From Alphaproteobacteria bacterium (GTDB taxonomy: Bacteria; Pseudomonadota; Alphaproteobacteria; GCA-2746255): a stretch of DNA of 64,000 nucleotides. Under the pieces are notes generated by a model. It saw only the letters and a program-made list of their open reading frames with translations, ran no database searches and had not been told where the DNA came from. The stretch lies in the NCBI GenBank assembly GCA_965249135.1, contig OZ252220.1, forward strand, positions 352,001 through 416,000. The letters run 5' to 3'. Each line of letters begins with the position of its first letter. Within the stretch, counting starts at the first letter, position 1. Below, one piece after another: positions 11,054 to 20,654 of the stretch. A program made the position numbers and the translations under genes.

Positions 11054-11130
11054 TGGGGTGTAGCGCAGCCTGGTAGCGCACCTGCTTTGGGAGCAGGGGG
11101 TCGGGAGTTCGAATCTCCCCACCCCGACCA
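11054..11130 (+). tRNA. tRNA-Pro(TGG)
   Basis: 77-nt cloverleaf, anticodon arm CCTGC-TTTGGGA-GCAGG, TTCGAAT T-loop, CCA end. Confidence 0.97.
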
Positions 11131-11162
11131 GATGAATGGGTTTTGAGAAGGCCAGGAGTTCG

Positions 11163-11444
11163 ATGATGGCAAGGGTTCGCATCTATCAGCCAACCAAGAC
11201 GGCGATGCAGTCGGGCTCCCAAACCCACGCCTGGGTCGTCGAGTTTGAGCCGTCCGCCCCGCGCGAGACGGAGCCTCTGATGGGCTGGACGAGCTCGCGC
11301 GACACCCGTGCCCAGGTGCGCCTTCGTTTCCCCACGAAGGAAGCCGCCATCCACTACGCCGGGCAACACGGCCACACCTACCGGCTCGTCGAGACGAAGA
11401 CGAGAAGATTGCGACCGAAAAACTACGCCGCGAACTTCCGCTAA
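11163..11444 (+). CDS. ETC complex I subunit (NDUFS4-like)
   Basis: RIYQPTKTAMQSG, EPLMGWTSS and YAANF motifs. Confidence 0.9.
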   Translation: MMARVRIYQPTKTAMQSGSQTHAWVVEFEPSAPRETEPLMGWTSSRDTRAQVRLRFPTKEAAIHYAGQHGHTYRLVETKTRRLRPKNYAANFR

Positions 11445-11503
11445 GTCTTAAGCCCCCCCTTTCTCTTGTATTCCCTGCGGCGCTATAGTCGGGGGTCTTT
11501 GAT

Positions 11504-11580
11504 GCGCCCTTAGCTCAGTGGATCAGAGCGACGGCCTTCTAAGCCGTAGGTCCCAGGTTCGAATCCTGGAGGGCGCGCCA
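11504..11580 (+). tRNA. tRNA-Arg(TCT)
   Basis: 77-nt cloverleaf, ACGGC-CTTCTAA-GCCGT anticodon arm, CCA end. Confidence 0.97.
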
Positions 11581-11733
11581 TTTTTCTTATCCCCAGACCA
11601 TGCCGCCGTATGCTGAACTCACCGGCGTTAACCTTAAATTTAGGTAAGGGAACCAGAGTGCAGGCCAAGGATCGCCGCCGCCTTGCCTTCGAACGGCGCG
11701 AATGGTCAAGCACCGAGGATCGAGGCTTTAAGG

Positions 11734-11943
11734 ATGGAATATTTTCTCGAATATCTAAGCGTGAAGCTCAGCATCTACCTCTTCACCGGCGTGCTGATTG
11801 CCGAGGCGCAGGCGATCTTCTTCCTGTTCGCCACCCTGTCGCAAGCCGCTTACAGCAACCCGCGTCTGTGGCTGCTGTTTTTCGGTACGAACAGCGCCAT
11901 CGTCTTCGTGCTGTTGATCGCCCTGGTGGTGGCTCCGGCCTAA
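11734..11943 (+). CDS. Small two-helix membrane protein
   Basis: 69 aa, two hydrophobic segments, GC-biased third positions. Confidence 0.55.
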   Translation: MEYFLEYLSVKLSIYLFTGVLIAEAQAIFFLFATLSQAAYSNPRLWLLFFGTNSAIVFVLLIALVVAPA

Positions 11944-11967
11944 AAACGCTTCACTGAAGGGTGCCCG

Positions 11968-12639
11968 TCACTGAAGGAGGAACGTCACCATCGTGCCCCG
12001 CTTCGAGGGGAAGCGGGCCTTCACGACGACCCCATCCTCGCCGTACCAGATGTTGCCTTGCACCGGCTTTCCCTTTCGCATCTGGGTCACCGCGTAAGCC
12101 CGCGTCGGACGGTCGCGGCCAGCGGCCGAAATCACCGCTTCACCCAGATATTCGGAGCGCACGTCCTTCATGCGCCCCTTCAAGGGGCTGAAGATTTTTG
12201 GGCTTTTGAGCGTTCCTTCGCACCAGATGGCATGGGAGAGAAGCGGCGTCGCGATTTTCGAAACGCCGCCGTTCGTGTTCACCTTGAGGCCTTTGCCGTT
12301 CGGTGTGATGCGAATGTCGGTGGCGCGGGCGTTGTCGACCGTCCGGCCCGTGAACCGGTGAAAGCTGTCCTCTACCCAGATATCTTCCGATTGATGGCGG
12401 TAGTTCAGGATCGGGATCAGGAAAAAAAGTTTCACCTTCACCTTGATGAGCGTCGAGACCTTCGTCATCTCACCGTTGCGTGTAAAGTCGATCCACACGC
12501 CGCCGACCGGGCGGTCGTCGTTGAAGACGTCGTAATGAAGCTTGTTTGCGGGAAGCGGGCAGGCGGCATCTGCCGTCTTCGCGAAGAAGAGAAGAAGGCC
12601 AAAGCCAAGCAAAAAGATCCGGATCAAACGGCCATGCAT
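11968..12639 (-). CDS. Exported beta-rich protein (DUF6134-like)
   Basis: Signal peptide; YRHQSEDIW, TVDN and IWYGEDG pattern. Confidence 0.65.
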   Translation of the reverse strand: MHGRLIRIFLLGFGLLLFFAKTADAACPLPANKLHYDVFNDDRPVGGVWIDFTRNGEMTKVSTLIKVKVKLFFLIPILNYRHQSEDIWVEDSFHRFTGRTVDNARATDIRITPNGKGLKVNTNGGVSKIATPLLSHAIWCEGTLKSPKIFSPLKGRMKDVRSEYLGEAVISAAGRDRPTRAYAVTQMRKGKPVQGNIWYGEDGVVVKARFPSKRGTMVTFLLQ

Positions 12640-12707
12640 CTTAACTTCCCACCTTTGCACGCGGGGTCGGTTTCCAGAAAAGTATAACAGGCCCGCGCGT
12701 TCCCGGC

Positions 12708-13511
12708 CTAGTCGGAGCGGAAGCCGAAACGCTTGAGGATCTCCTGGACTTCCGTCTCCTGCAGGAAACGGGTGAAGTTCGACACCGCCGGTTCCGTCCG
12801 CGTGCCGATGGGAACGACGTGGTAACGGATGGGCGCGTGGGTGGTCTTCGGGATGACGCCGATCACCTTCACCCGGTCGCTGATCACCGCGTCCGTCGCA
12901 TAGACGATGCCGGCGTCCGCCTCACCGCGTTCGACCTTGGTAAGCACGTCCCGGACGTCGCGGGCGAAGAGGAAATAGGGCGTAAGCGCCTCCCAAAGCT
13001 CGATCCGGGTGAGCGCCTCCTGGGCGTAGCTCCCGGCCGGCACGGTGCCCGGCTCGCCGATGGCGATGATCCGCCCGCCCAGGTTTTTCGTGATGTGAAG
13101 GCCAAGCGGAATGCCAAGGGTGAGTGAGCTGTCAACGCGCGCGATGAAGACGAGTCCACTGCCCTGAATTTCCGCCGTCTCGCCGGTGGCCTCGATGCTG
13201 CGGGCGGCGAGCGCTTCTTTCCAATTCGGTTGGTCCGTAATCAGCAGGTCGACGGGCGCCCCTTCCGTGATGCGCTGTTCGAGTTCGGTCACGGAAGCAA
13301 ACGTGATCAACACGGCCCCCAGCCCCTTCGCCGCGAAACGGTCGGAGACGACCTGCAACACGTTCGTAAGGCTGGGCGGCGCGTAAACGGTGACCGGCGT
13401 CGTCACCTTCGCGTGCGCTTGGGCAAAGGCCAGCGTCACCGCGATTCCGGCAAGCAACGCGCCCCGGCCCCTCCGCCACCTAGTCTTTGTAAAGTTCTTC
13501 CGGATCGACAA
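12708..13511 (-). CDS. modA: Molybdate ABC transporter substrate-binding protein (divergent)
   Basis: VPAGSYA, DVRDVL, GEADAGIVYATDA and HAPIRY motifs. Confidence 0.85.
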   Translation of the reverse strand: MSIRKNFTKTRWRRGRGALLAGIAVTLAFAQAHAKVTTPVTVYAPPSLTNVLQVVSDRFAAKGLGAVLITFASVTELEQRITEGAPVDLLITDQPNWKEALAARSIEATGETAEIQGSGLVFIARVDSSLTLGIPLGLHITKNLGGRIIAIGEPGTVPAGSYAQEALTRIELWEALTPYFLFARDVRDVLTKVERGEADAGIVYATDAVISDRVKVIGVIPKTTHAPIRYHVVPIGTRTEPAVSNFTRFLQETEVQEILKRFGFRSD

Positions 13512-13887
13512 GGACGTCTTCCACGGTTTCGAGTTTCCCCCCGCGCACCGCGCGGAAGAAGCAATGGCGCCGGCCGGTGTGGCAGGCGACCCCTTTCTGC
13601 TCGACGGTCACCAGCACCGCATCGCCGTCGCAATCGATGCGAAAATCGACGAGCGCCTGGGTTTGCTTGGAATTTTCTCCCTTTCGCCAGAGACGGCTTC
13701 GGGACCGGGACCAGTAATGGACTTGGCCGGTTTGAAGCGTCTTTTCGATCGCCTCGCGGTTCATCCACGCCGTCATCAGGACCTCGCCCGTGCCGTCCTG
13801 CTGGGCGATCGCCGGCACCAGGCCGTCAGAGTCGAAGGCGATGGCATCAAAGACTTCCGGCAAGGCGTCGGCCGCAGACTTCGGCAT
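13480..13887 (-). CDS. hisI: Phosphoribosyl-AMP cyclohydrolase
   Basis: YWSRSR..LWRKGE, DCDGD and ACHTGRRHCF. Confidence 0.95.
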   Translation of the reverse strand: MPKSAADALPEVFDAIAFDSDGLVPAIAQQDGTGEVLMTAWMNREAIEKTLQTGQVHYWSRSRSRLWRKGENSKQTQALVDFRIDCDGDAVLVTVEQKGVACHTGRRHCFFRAVRGGKLETVEDVLVDPEELYKD

Positions 13888-13963
13888 CGAAGCTCTCCTC
13901 GTTTTAAGCGTTGGATGGGCGGCAGCGAAGCCTTTTCAGGGATGCGCTAAGCAAGGCGGCCTG

Positions 13964-14872
13964 TCAACTGTCCTTGCCCCCTTCGAGGCAGCGGACGAGA
14001 TGGACGGCGTTCCTTCGCATCATGTCTCCGTAAAGGTCCGGTCCCGGCTCGAGATCGCTGCCCAATGGGTCGAGGGTTTCGATGCGAAGTTCGGCGCCTT
14101 CCCCAAGCCGCTCGACGATGGGCGAGGCGAATTGGGGCTCGCGGAAGAGGCAGCGGATCTTTTGTTCGTGGATCCTTTTCCGAAGCAGGACGAGCCGCCT
14201 GGCCCCAGGTTTTCGTTCCGGATCGATGGCGATCGCGTCCATGGGACCTAAGCCGTAGCGCCGCGCGAGATAGGCGTAGGAATCGTGAAAGACGAGGAAG
14301 GGGCGGCCGGCAAGCGGGCGAAGCGCCGCGCCGAGTTCCTCGTCAAGCGCCCGCAGCCGCCGGATCGCCGCCTCCCGGTTTCGCTGGTAGGCGCGCGCGT
14401 TGGCAGGATCCGCCGCGATGAGGGTTTCGGCCACCACCTCCGTGATGCGCACCGCGTTTTCTGGATCCAGCCAGAAATGAGGGTCGGTAGCGGCCGCTTT
14501 CCCATGGGAATCGTGGGTTTCGCGGGGCTTCAACCGGGTCATCCCCGGCGCGTGGAGAAGGGCTACGGCCCTTGCGTCGGACCCCAGATTGGTGAGCGCC
14601 CGCGCGACGAAGAACTCGAGCTCCGGCCCGGTCCAGAAGACGCGGGTCGCCTTGGCGAGTTTGCGGGCGGCCGACGGGCGAAGGGCGGTGCGGTGGGGGG
14701 AGGCGCCCCCTTCGATCAGCAGCTCCGGCCTTCCGACCCCCTCCATCACCGCCGCCGTGAGCGAGTGGAGTGGGGGCAGGCTCACGACGACCCGGGGCGG
14801 CTCGCCGGCCGAGGCCTGGCCGAGAAGAGCGATCGCCCAGGGAAGGGTCTGAAGAATTCGACGCAAATACAT
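13964..14872 (-). CDS. znuA: Zinc ABC transporter substrate-binding protein
   Basis: SPH, DPHFWLDP, FHDSYAY and LDPLG motifs; divergent from zur-znuC-znuB. Confidence 0.92.
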   Translation of the reverse strand: MYLRRILQTLPWAIALLGQASAGEPPRVVVSLPPLHSLTAAVMEGVGRPELLIEGGASPHRTALRPSAARKLAKATRVFWTGPELEFFVARALTNLGSDARAVALLHAPGMTRLKPRETHDSHGKAAATDPHFWLDPENAVRITEVVAETLIAADPANARAYQRNREAAIRRLRALDEELGAALRPLAGRPFLVFHDSYAYLARRYGLGPMDAIAIDPERKPGARRLVLLRKRIHEQKIRCLFREPQFASPIVERLGEGAELRIETLDPLGSDLEPGPDLYGDMMRRNAVHLVRCLEGGKDS

Positions 14873-14942
14873 GAAAAATCTAAGTTTTTAAAAATGTTCC
14901 TGTCGTAGTAAGCATTTGTTTACTTAATGGAACCAATAAGCT

Positions 14943-14959
14943 ATGTTATATTATTATTC
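14943..14959. promoter_or_regulatory. Putative Zur box
   Basis: ATGTTATATTATTATTC resembles the Zur palindrome ATGTTATAnTATAACAT; lies in the AT-rich znuA/zur intergenic region. Confidence 0.6.
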
Positions 14960-15014
14960 ATTCTTTCTTATTATAATACAATGATTTTTATTCTGGATAG
15001 AGGAAAGGAATAGG

Positions 15015-16358
15015 ATGAGCCTGGGAGCCCAAATTGCCGTCCCGCCACCCGGCGAGGGGCACGACCACCGCCGCTGCATGGCCGACGCCCTGAAGGCGGC
15101 GGCCGAGCTTTGCCACCATCGGGGGGTTCGCTTCACGCCCCTACGGCGCCGGGTGCTTGAGCTGATCTGGGGGAGCCACGTACCGTTTGGCGCCTATGCG
15201 ATCCTCGATGCCCTCCAGGAGGGGGGCAAGCGGGTGCGGCCGCCGACCGTCTACCGCGCCCTTAATTTTCTGCAAAAACAGGGGCTTGTTCACCGAATCG
15301 AGTCCCAGAACGCCTATATCGGCTGCGTCGATCCGGCCCGGCCCCATCGCGGCCAGCATCTGATCTGCCGAAACTGCGGCAAGGTCACCGAACTCAACGA
15401 CCGGGCGGTCGAGATGACCCTGCTGTCCGGCGCCAAAGGCAAGGATTTCGCGCTCGATCAGGCAACCGTCGAGGGCGAGGGTCTGTGCCGCGATTGCCGC
15501 CCGGGCGAGGTGCCCCCCCCCTCGGCCCAGACTGCCCGAACGGCCCCGCTTATCAAGGCGCCCGAGCCGGCCGTCCCGGACCGGGGTCAGAACCTCGAAG
15601 GGACCGCGTCGCTGATGGCGGCCAGTGGGCTTTCCCTGGCCAGAGACGGGCTTCTCGTCCTCGATCGGGTGAATCTCACCGTCCATGCGGGCGAGATCGT
15701 CACCATCATCGGTCCGAATGGATCAGGCAAGACGACGCTGGTCCGCACACTCCTTGGCCTGATCGAGCCGGACGCGGGCGAGATCTGGAAGGCGGACGGG
15801 CTTCGCGTCGGCTACGTGCCCCAGGCCTTCGAGGTCGACCCGAACCTGCCGCTCACCGTGGACAGGTTCCTGCGTCTCGGCGGCGGCAAGGCGGCCGAAG
15901 CCCGCGCCGTCCTTGAGTTGGTGGGGGCGGGCCCGCTTCCCGATCACCCGATCCAGCAGCTTTCCGGGGGCGAGATTCGCCGCGTTCTGCTTGCCCGGGC
16001 CCTGCTCAGAAAGCCGAACCTGCTCGTCCTGGACGAGCCCGTCCAAGGCGTCGATATCGTCGGCCAGGCGGAACTCTATAAGCTGATCAATGCGGTACGC
16101 CGTGAGGCGGGCTGTGCGGTGCTGATGATTTCCCACGATCTTCGGCTCGTGATGGCGGCGACGGACGAGGTCGTCTGCCTCAACCACCATGTCTGCTGCG
16201 CCGGCCATCCGGAGGCGGTGAGCCGGCACCCGGAATATCTGGCGCTGTTCGGCGAGGAGGCCGACGAGAAAAGCTTTGCCGTCTACACCCACCGCCACGA
16301 CCACCGTCACGACGAGGCGGGGAACGTCGTGCCCTTCGCTGGGTCCGGGGAGGCTTGA
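15015..16358 (+). CDS. Fusion of Zur (Fur family) and ZnuC ABC ATPase
   Basis: N-terminal PPTVYRALNFL, CRNC and CRDC; Pro-rich linker; GPNGSGKT, LSGGE, LDEP, SHD and His-rich tail YTHRHDHRHD in one frame. Confidence 0.8.
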   Translation: MSLGAQIAVPPPGEGHDHRRCMADALKAAAELCHHRGVRFTPLRRRVLELIWGSHVPFGAYAILDALQEGGKRVRPPTVYRALNFLQKQGLVHRIESQNAYIGCVDPARPHRGQHLICRNCGKVTELNDRAVEMTLLSGAKGKDFALDQATVEGEGLCRDCRPGEVPPPSAQTARTAPLIKAPEPAVPDRGQNLEGTASLMAASGLSLARDGLLVLDRVNLTVHAGEIVTIIGPNGSGKTTLVRTLLGLIEPDAGEIWKADGLRVGYVPQAFEVDPNLPLTVDRFLRLGGGKAAEARAVLELVGAGPLPDHPIQQLSGGEIRRVLLARALLRKPNLLVLDEPVQGVDIVGQAELYKLINAVRREAGCAVLMISHDLRLVMAATDEVVCLNHHVCCAGHPEAVSRHPEYLALFGEEADEKSFAVYTHRHDHRHDEAGNVVPFAGSGEA

Positions 16359-16362
16359 GAAC

Positions 16363-17217
16363 ATGGACGATCTCCTGATTCGCGCGGTTCTGGCCGGCAT
16401 CGGGGTGGCGGTGGTGGCCGGGCCGCTCGGTGCCTTCGTCGTCTGGCGGCGGATGGCCTATTTCGGGGATACGATGGCCCATTCCGCCTTTCTGGGGATC
16501 GCCCTTGGCTTTCTCCTTCATTTCGACGTGTCGATCGGCATCTTCGCCGTCGCCGTCGCCATCGCGCTTTCCTTAGGCCTCGCCCAGCGCCAGAAGACCC
16601 TCGCCACCGACACCCTGCTCGGCCTCTTCGCCCATGGCGCGCTCGCCTTCGGGCTGGTCGGTCTTGCCTTCCTCGAAGGGGTGCGGATCGATCTGATGGG
16701 CTATCTGTTCGGCGACATCCTCGTCGTCGGACGGGGCGACCTCTTCGGAATTTACGGGGGCGGGGCGGTTGCCCTGATCGGTCTGGTTGCCATCTGGCGG
16801 CAGCTTCTTTCGATGACCATTCATGAGGAACTCGCCCAGGTGGAAGGCGTGCCGGTCCAGCGTTTGCGGATTCTTTTCATGGTACTGATCGCGCTGGTCA
16901 TCGTCGTCGCGCTCAAGATCGTCGGCATTCTGCTGATCACCTCGCTTCTCATCATTCCGGCGGCAACCGCGCGGCGTTTCGCCCGCAACCCCGAACCGAT
17001 GGCGATTCTCGCCGCCTTCCTCGGCGCCCTTGCCGTCGTCGGCGGAATTTCAGGTTCGTTCACATGGGATACGCCGTCCGGCCCCTCCATCGCCGCCGCC
17101 GCCTTCCTGATCTTCGTGGCCAGCCTGCTTGTGCCGGCCGGTGCCTTGGGTGTTCTGGTGGGGCGAGAGGAGAAACCGACCCTCCATGCGCCACCCCGTC
17201 TTCCGCAAAACCGATAA
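16363..17217 (+). CDS. znuB: Zinc ABC transporter permease
   Basis: VWRRMAYFGDTMAH, YLFGDIL and DTPSGPSI. Confidence 0.93.
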   Translation: MDDLLIRAVLAGIGVAVVAGPLGAFVVWRRMAYFGDTMAHSAFLGIALGFLLHFDVSIGIFAVAVAIALSLGLAQRQKTLATDTLLGLFAHGALAFGLVGLAFLEGVRIDLMGYLFGDILVVGRGDLFGIYGGGAVALIGLVAIWRQLLSMTIHEELAQVEGVPVQRLRILFMVLIALVIVVALKIVGILLITSLLIIPAATARRFARNPEPMAILAAFLGALAVVGGISGSFTWDTPSGPSIAAAAFLIFVASLLVPAGALGVLVGREEKPTLHAPPRLPQNR

Positions 17218-17275
17218 CGCGCTCGCCCTCAGGACGATCTTTTCCGTCTTCTATGAGTATTAGGAAAAAGCGCGT

Positions 17276-18439
17276 TCAGGCGGCAGCCTTCATCCGCTTG
17301 AAGCCTTCGTCGAGATCCTGGAGAAGATCGTCCGCATCCTCGAGGCCGGCGTGGATGCGGATGCTGGGTCCCCCCGTCCACTTCGTCGCCGTGCGTAAGT
17401 CTTCCGCGTGGAAGGGAAGGATTAGGCTCTCATAGCCGCCCCAACTGTACCCCATGGCGAAAAGCTTCATGTGATCCAGCATGGCGACGACCGCCTGCTT
17501 CGGGGTGGCCTTCAACACGAAAGAGAAAAGCCCTGGTGCGCCGGTGAAGTCGCGTTTCCAGATGGCGTGGCCCGCATCTTCCGGCAGCGCCGGGTAGAGG
17601 ATGCGTTCCACCTCATCTCGCCCCTTCAGCCACGCGCAAAGCTTCATCGCGGTGGCACAGTGCCGCTCCAACCGAACGCTGAGCGTACGCAGGCCCCTTA
17701 ACGCCAGGAAGCATTCCTCCGGGCCTGAGCACGCGCCGATGTTTGCCGTCATCTTTCGGATCGTCACGTAGTGCTGTTTTTGGGTCGTGATCACGCCGAG
17801 CATGGCGTCCGCATGGCCGACGATGTATTTCGTCGCCGCTTGGATCGAAACGTCGACGCCGTGCGCAAACGGCTTGAAGTAAAGCGGCGTCGCCCAGCTG
17901 TTATCCAGGATGACGACGGCCCCTTTTTCATGGGCCGCCTTGGCGATTGCCGGGATGTCCTGCACTTCGAAGGTAAGCGAGCCTGGTGATTCGACGAAGA
18001 CGACCTTCGTGTTTGGTTTCAAAAGCGCCGCGATGCCGTCCCCGATCACTGGGTCGTAATAGGTCGTCTCGACGCCGTAGCGTTTCAGAACCTGATCGCA
18101 GAAGCGCCGCGTCGGCCCATAAACGGAATCCGCGACCAGGACGTGATCGCCGGACTTGAGGAACGCAAATAGCGAAGCGGCGACGGCGGCAAGACCCGAC
18201 GCCATCGCGATTCCCCGATCCCCGCCTTCGAGTTCGGCGACCGCTTCTTCCAGTGCGAAGGTCGTCGGTGTGCCGTGCCGGCCATAGAAGACGCCGTCGA
18301 ACGGGTTCTTGTCGAAGGATTCGAGGACCTCGACCGATGGAAACGTGACGGTGGAGGCGCGATAGACCGGCGGGTTGACGATCCCGAAATTCTTCTCCGG
18401 ATCGCGGCCGGCGTTGACGATGCGGGTATCTTCCTTCAT
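17276..18439 (-). CDS. metC: Cystathionine beta-lyase
   Basis: YGRHGTPT, ESPGSLTFE, AATKYIVGH (PLP Lys) and MGYSWGGYESL. Confidence 0.93.
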   Translation of the reverse strand: MKEDTRIVNAGRDPEKNFGIVNPPVYRASTVTFPSVEVLESFDKNPFDGVFYGRHGTPTTFALEEAVAELEGGDRGIAMASGLAAVAASLFAFLKSGDHVLVADSVYGPTRRFCDQVLKRYGVETTYYDPVIGDGIAALLKPNTKVVFVESPGSLTFEVQDIPAIAKAAHEKGAVVILDNSWATPLYFKPFAHGVDVSIQAATKYIVGHADAMLGVITTQKQHYVTIRKMTANIGACSGPEECFLALRGLRTLSVRLERHCATAMKLCAWLKGRDEVERILYPALPEDAGHAIWKRDFTGAPGLFSFVLKATPKQAVVAMLDHMKLFAMGYSWGGYESLILPFHAEDLRTATKWTGGPSIRIHAGLEDADDLLQDLDEGFKRMKAAA

Positions 18440-18520
18440 CCGACTCGCTTGTAAAGAGTGCGTGATGACCGGTCAAGGCGGCCACTTTCGGCCTTGGAGA
18501 ATGCCGCCCTTTCCCGGATA

Positions 18521-19774
18521 ATGGGGGCCTCGCAAACCGGAGCGAAGCGCCCGCCCGTGCCCCATTCCCACGCCATCGTCCTTCTTTTCTTCATCGTGCT
18601 TGGCGTCATCGCAGGGGTTGCCTCGGGATGGATTTGGGGCGAGGGGATGCTCGCCATCGCCTGGATCGGCGAGCTTTTCCTGAACGCGCTCAAGATGCTG
18701 ATCATCCCGCTGATCATAGCTGCCGTCATCAGTGGCGTCGCCGCGCTCGGCGACATCCGGAAATTGGGCCGACTCGGCGGCATCACCGTGCTTTATTTCG
18801 TCGGCACGACGGGCCTTGCGGTGGCCATCGGTCTTCTGATGGTCAACCTCATCCAGCCGGGCGTGGGGTTGGAGTTCGAAGCCAAGATGGTTCCTGAATC
18901 GATTGCGCTTAAAACGGACATCGGCTTTTCGGACATTCTGCTTTCTCTCGTCTCGCCGAATCTGATTGCGGCGGCAGCCGAAACCCAGCTGCTTCCCCTC
19001 ATCCTCTTCTCGATCCTCCTTTCCGCCGCGTTGACGACCTTAGGCCCGGTCGGCGCGCACGTCATCGGCATGTTTGATGGGCTGAACGAGGCGCTGATGA
19101 AGCTCGTCATCTGGCTCATGTATCTGGCGCCCATCGGCATCTTCGCGCTGGTCGCCGCCCGGCTCGGCAAGGCGGGAGGCGGGGAGGCCTTCCTAAGCGA
19201 AGTGGCCGCGGTGGGACTCCACGTGGCGACCGTGCTAAGCGGCCTTGCCGTTCACTTCGTCGTGCTGGTCCTTCTCCTGGTTCTCATCGGCGGCCGCGGC
19301 TTTGCCTATCTGGTCGGGCTCTTGCGGGCGCTCTTTACCGCGTTCGGCACGGCAAGCTCGTCGGCGACGCTGCCGCTTACCATGGAATGCGCCCGCGAGC
19401 AGGCGCTCGACGAGAAGGCCATTCGCTTCGTGCTGCCCTTGGGCAGCACGGTGAACATGAATGGCACCGCGCTTTATGAAGCGGCCGCCGCCATGTTCAT
19501 CGCCCAGGCCTACGGCATCGAGCTCGGCTTCGGCGCCCAGGTGGTGATCTTCGTCACGGCGACCTTGGCCGCCATCGGGGCGGCCGGCATCCCGGAGGCC
19601 GGCCTGGTGACGCTGGTCATCGTATTGACGGCGGTGGGTTTGCCGATCGAAGGCATCGGGCTCCTCTTGGCCGTCGACTGGTTCCTCGACCGCTTCCGCA
19701 CGGCTGTGAACGTATGGGGGGATGCGGTCGGTGCGGCGATCGTCCACCGTTTTCTACCCGATTCGTCTCCTTAA
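18521..19774 (+). CDS. Dicarboxylate/amino acid:cation symporter (DAACS)
   Basis: TASSSATLP, TVNMNGTALY and DRFRTAVNVWGD. Confidence 0.92.
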   Translation: MGASQTGAKRPPVPHSHAIVLLFFIVLGVIAGVASGWIWGEGMLAIAWIGELFLNALKMLIIPLIIAAVISGVAALGDIRKLGRLGGITVLYFVGTTGLAVAIGLLMVNLIQPGVGLEFEAKMVPESIALKTDIGFSDILLSLVSPNLIAAAAETQLLPLILFSILLSAALTTLGPVGAHVIGMFDGLNEALMKLVIWLMYLAPIGIFALVAARLGKAGGGEAFLSEVAAVGLHVATVLSGLAVHFVVLVLLLVLIGGRGFAYLVGLLRALFTAFGTASSSATLPLTMECAREQALDEKAIRFVLPLGSTVNMNGTALYEAAAAMFIAQAYGIELGFGAQVVIFVTATLAAIGAAGIPEAGLVTLVIVLTAVGLPIEGIGLLLAVDWFLDRFRTAVNVWGDAVGAAIVHRFLPDSSP

Positions 19775-20622
19775 GGGACCATCGGCAAGTCGTCCCGGCT
19801 TCCCCATTCCGACCACGAGCCGTCATAGACCGGCACGTTTTCGACTCCAAGCAAATAGAGACCAAGCGCCACGACGCCAGCCGTCACGCCGGATCCGCAA
19901 CTCGCAACGATCGGTTTTTCAAGGTCGATGCCCACCTCGTCGAATTTGCGCGTGAGCCCGTCCGTCGAAAACATCGTTTTTTCTTCCGGGTCCAGGATGT
20001 CGGGGTAGGGAAGGTTGACGCTTTTTGGAATGTGGCCGGCGCGAAGGCCGGGCCGGGCCTCCGGCAGCTCACCGGAATAGCGCGCCGCACTTCGCGTATC
20101 GATGACCTGTTCACGCCCGCTTTCGATATTGGCGAGGATTTGATCGACGTTGCGGATCAGCGAGTTGTGGATCCTCGGCGTGAAGTGCCGCTTGGATGGC
20201 TCAACCAGCTTGTCGTCGACCGGGTGCCCATCGCTGAGCCATTTCGGAAGGCCCCCGTCCAGGACGGCCACGTCCTTGTGGCCAAAATAGCGGAACATCC
20301 ACCACACGCGGGCAGCACTCACCAAGCCGGCGGCGTCATAAACGACGATGCGACTGCCGTCTCCAAGCCCCAGCCCACCGACGTGGCTTGCGAACTTCTC
20401 AGGCGAGGGCAGCATGTTCGGGTAAGGGCTCGAGGTGTCGGCGATCTCGCCGATGTCGAAGAAGACGGCGTTCGGGATGTGCTGGCGGTCGTATTCTTGC
20501 CTGGGGTCCAGCTCGGTGCCCGGCAGCTGGTTCGTGCCATCCACGACGCGGATGTCGGGCGAAGGAAGGTGTTCGGCCAGCCAGGCCGAGCTGACGAGGC
20601 CGTCCGGGTTCGCGTAATTCAT
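19771..20622 (-). CDS. sseA: 3-mercaptopyruvate sulfurtransferase
   Basis: CGSGVTA active-site loop and YDGSWSEW. Confidence 0.93.
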   Translation of the reverse strand: MNYANPDGLVSSAWLAEHLPSPDIRVVDGTNQLPGTELDPRQEYDRQHIPNAVFFDIGEIADTSSPYPNMLPSPEKFASHVGGLGLGDGSRIVVYDAAGLVSAARVWWMFRYFGHKDVAVLDGGLPKWLSDGHPVDDKLVEPSKRHFTPRIHNSLIRNVDQILANIESGREQVIDTRSAARYSGELPEARPGLRAGHIPKSVNLPYPDILDPEEKTMFSTDGLTRKFDEVGIDLEKPIVASCGSGVTAGVVALGLYLLGVENVPVYDGSWSEWGSRDDLPMVP

Positions 20623-20654
20623 AAAAATCTTCCCCTAAACATCTGATTTATATT

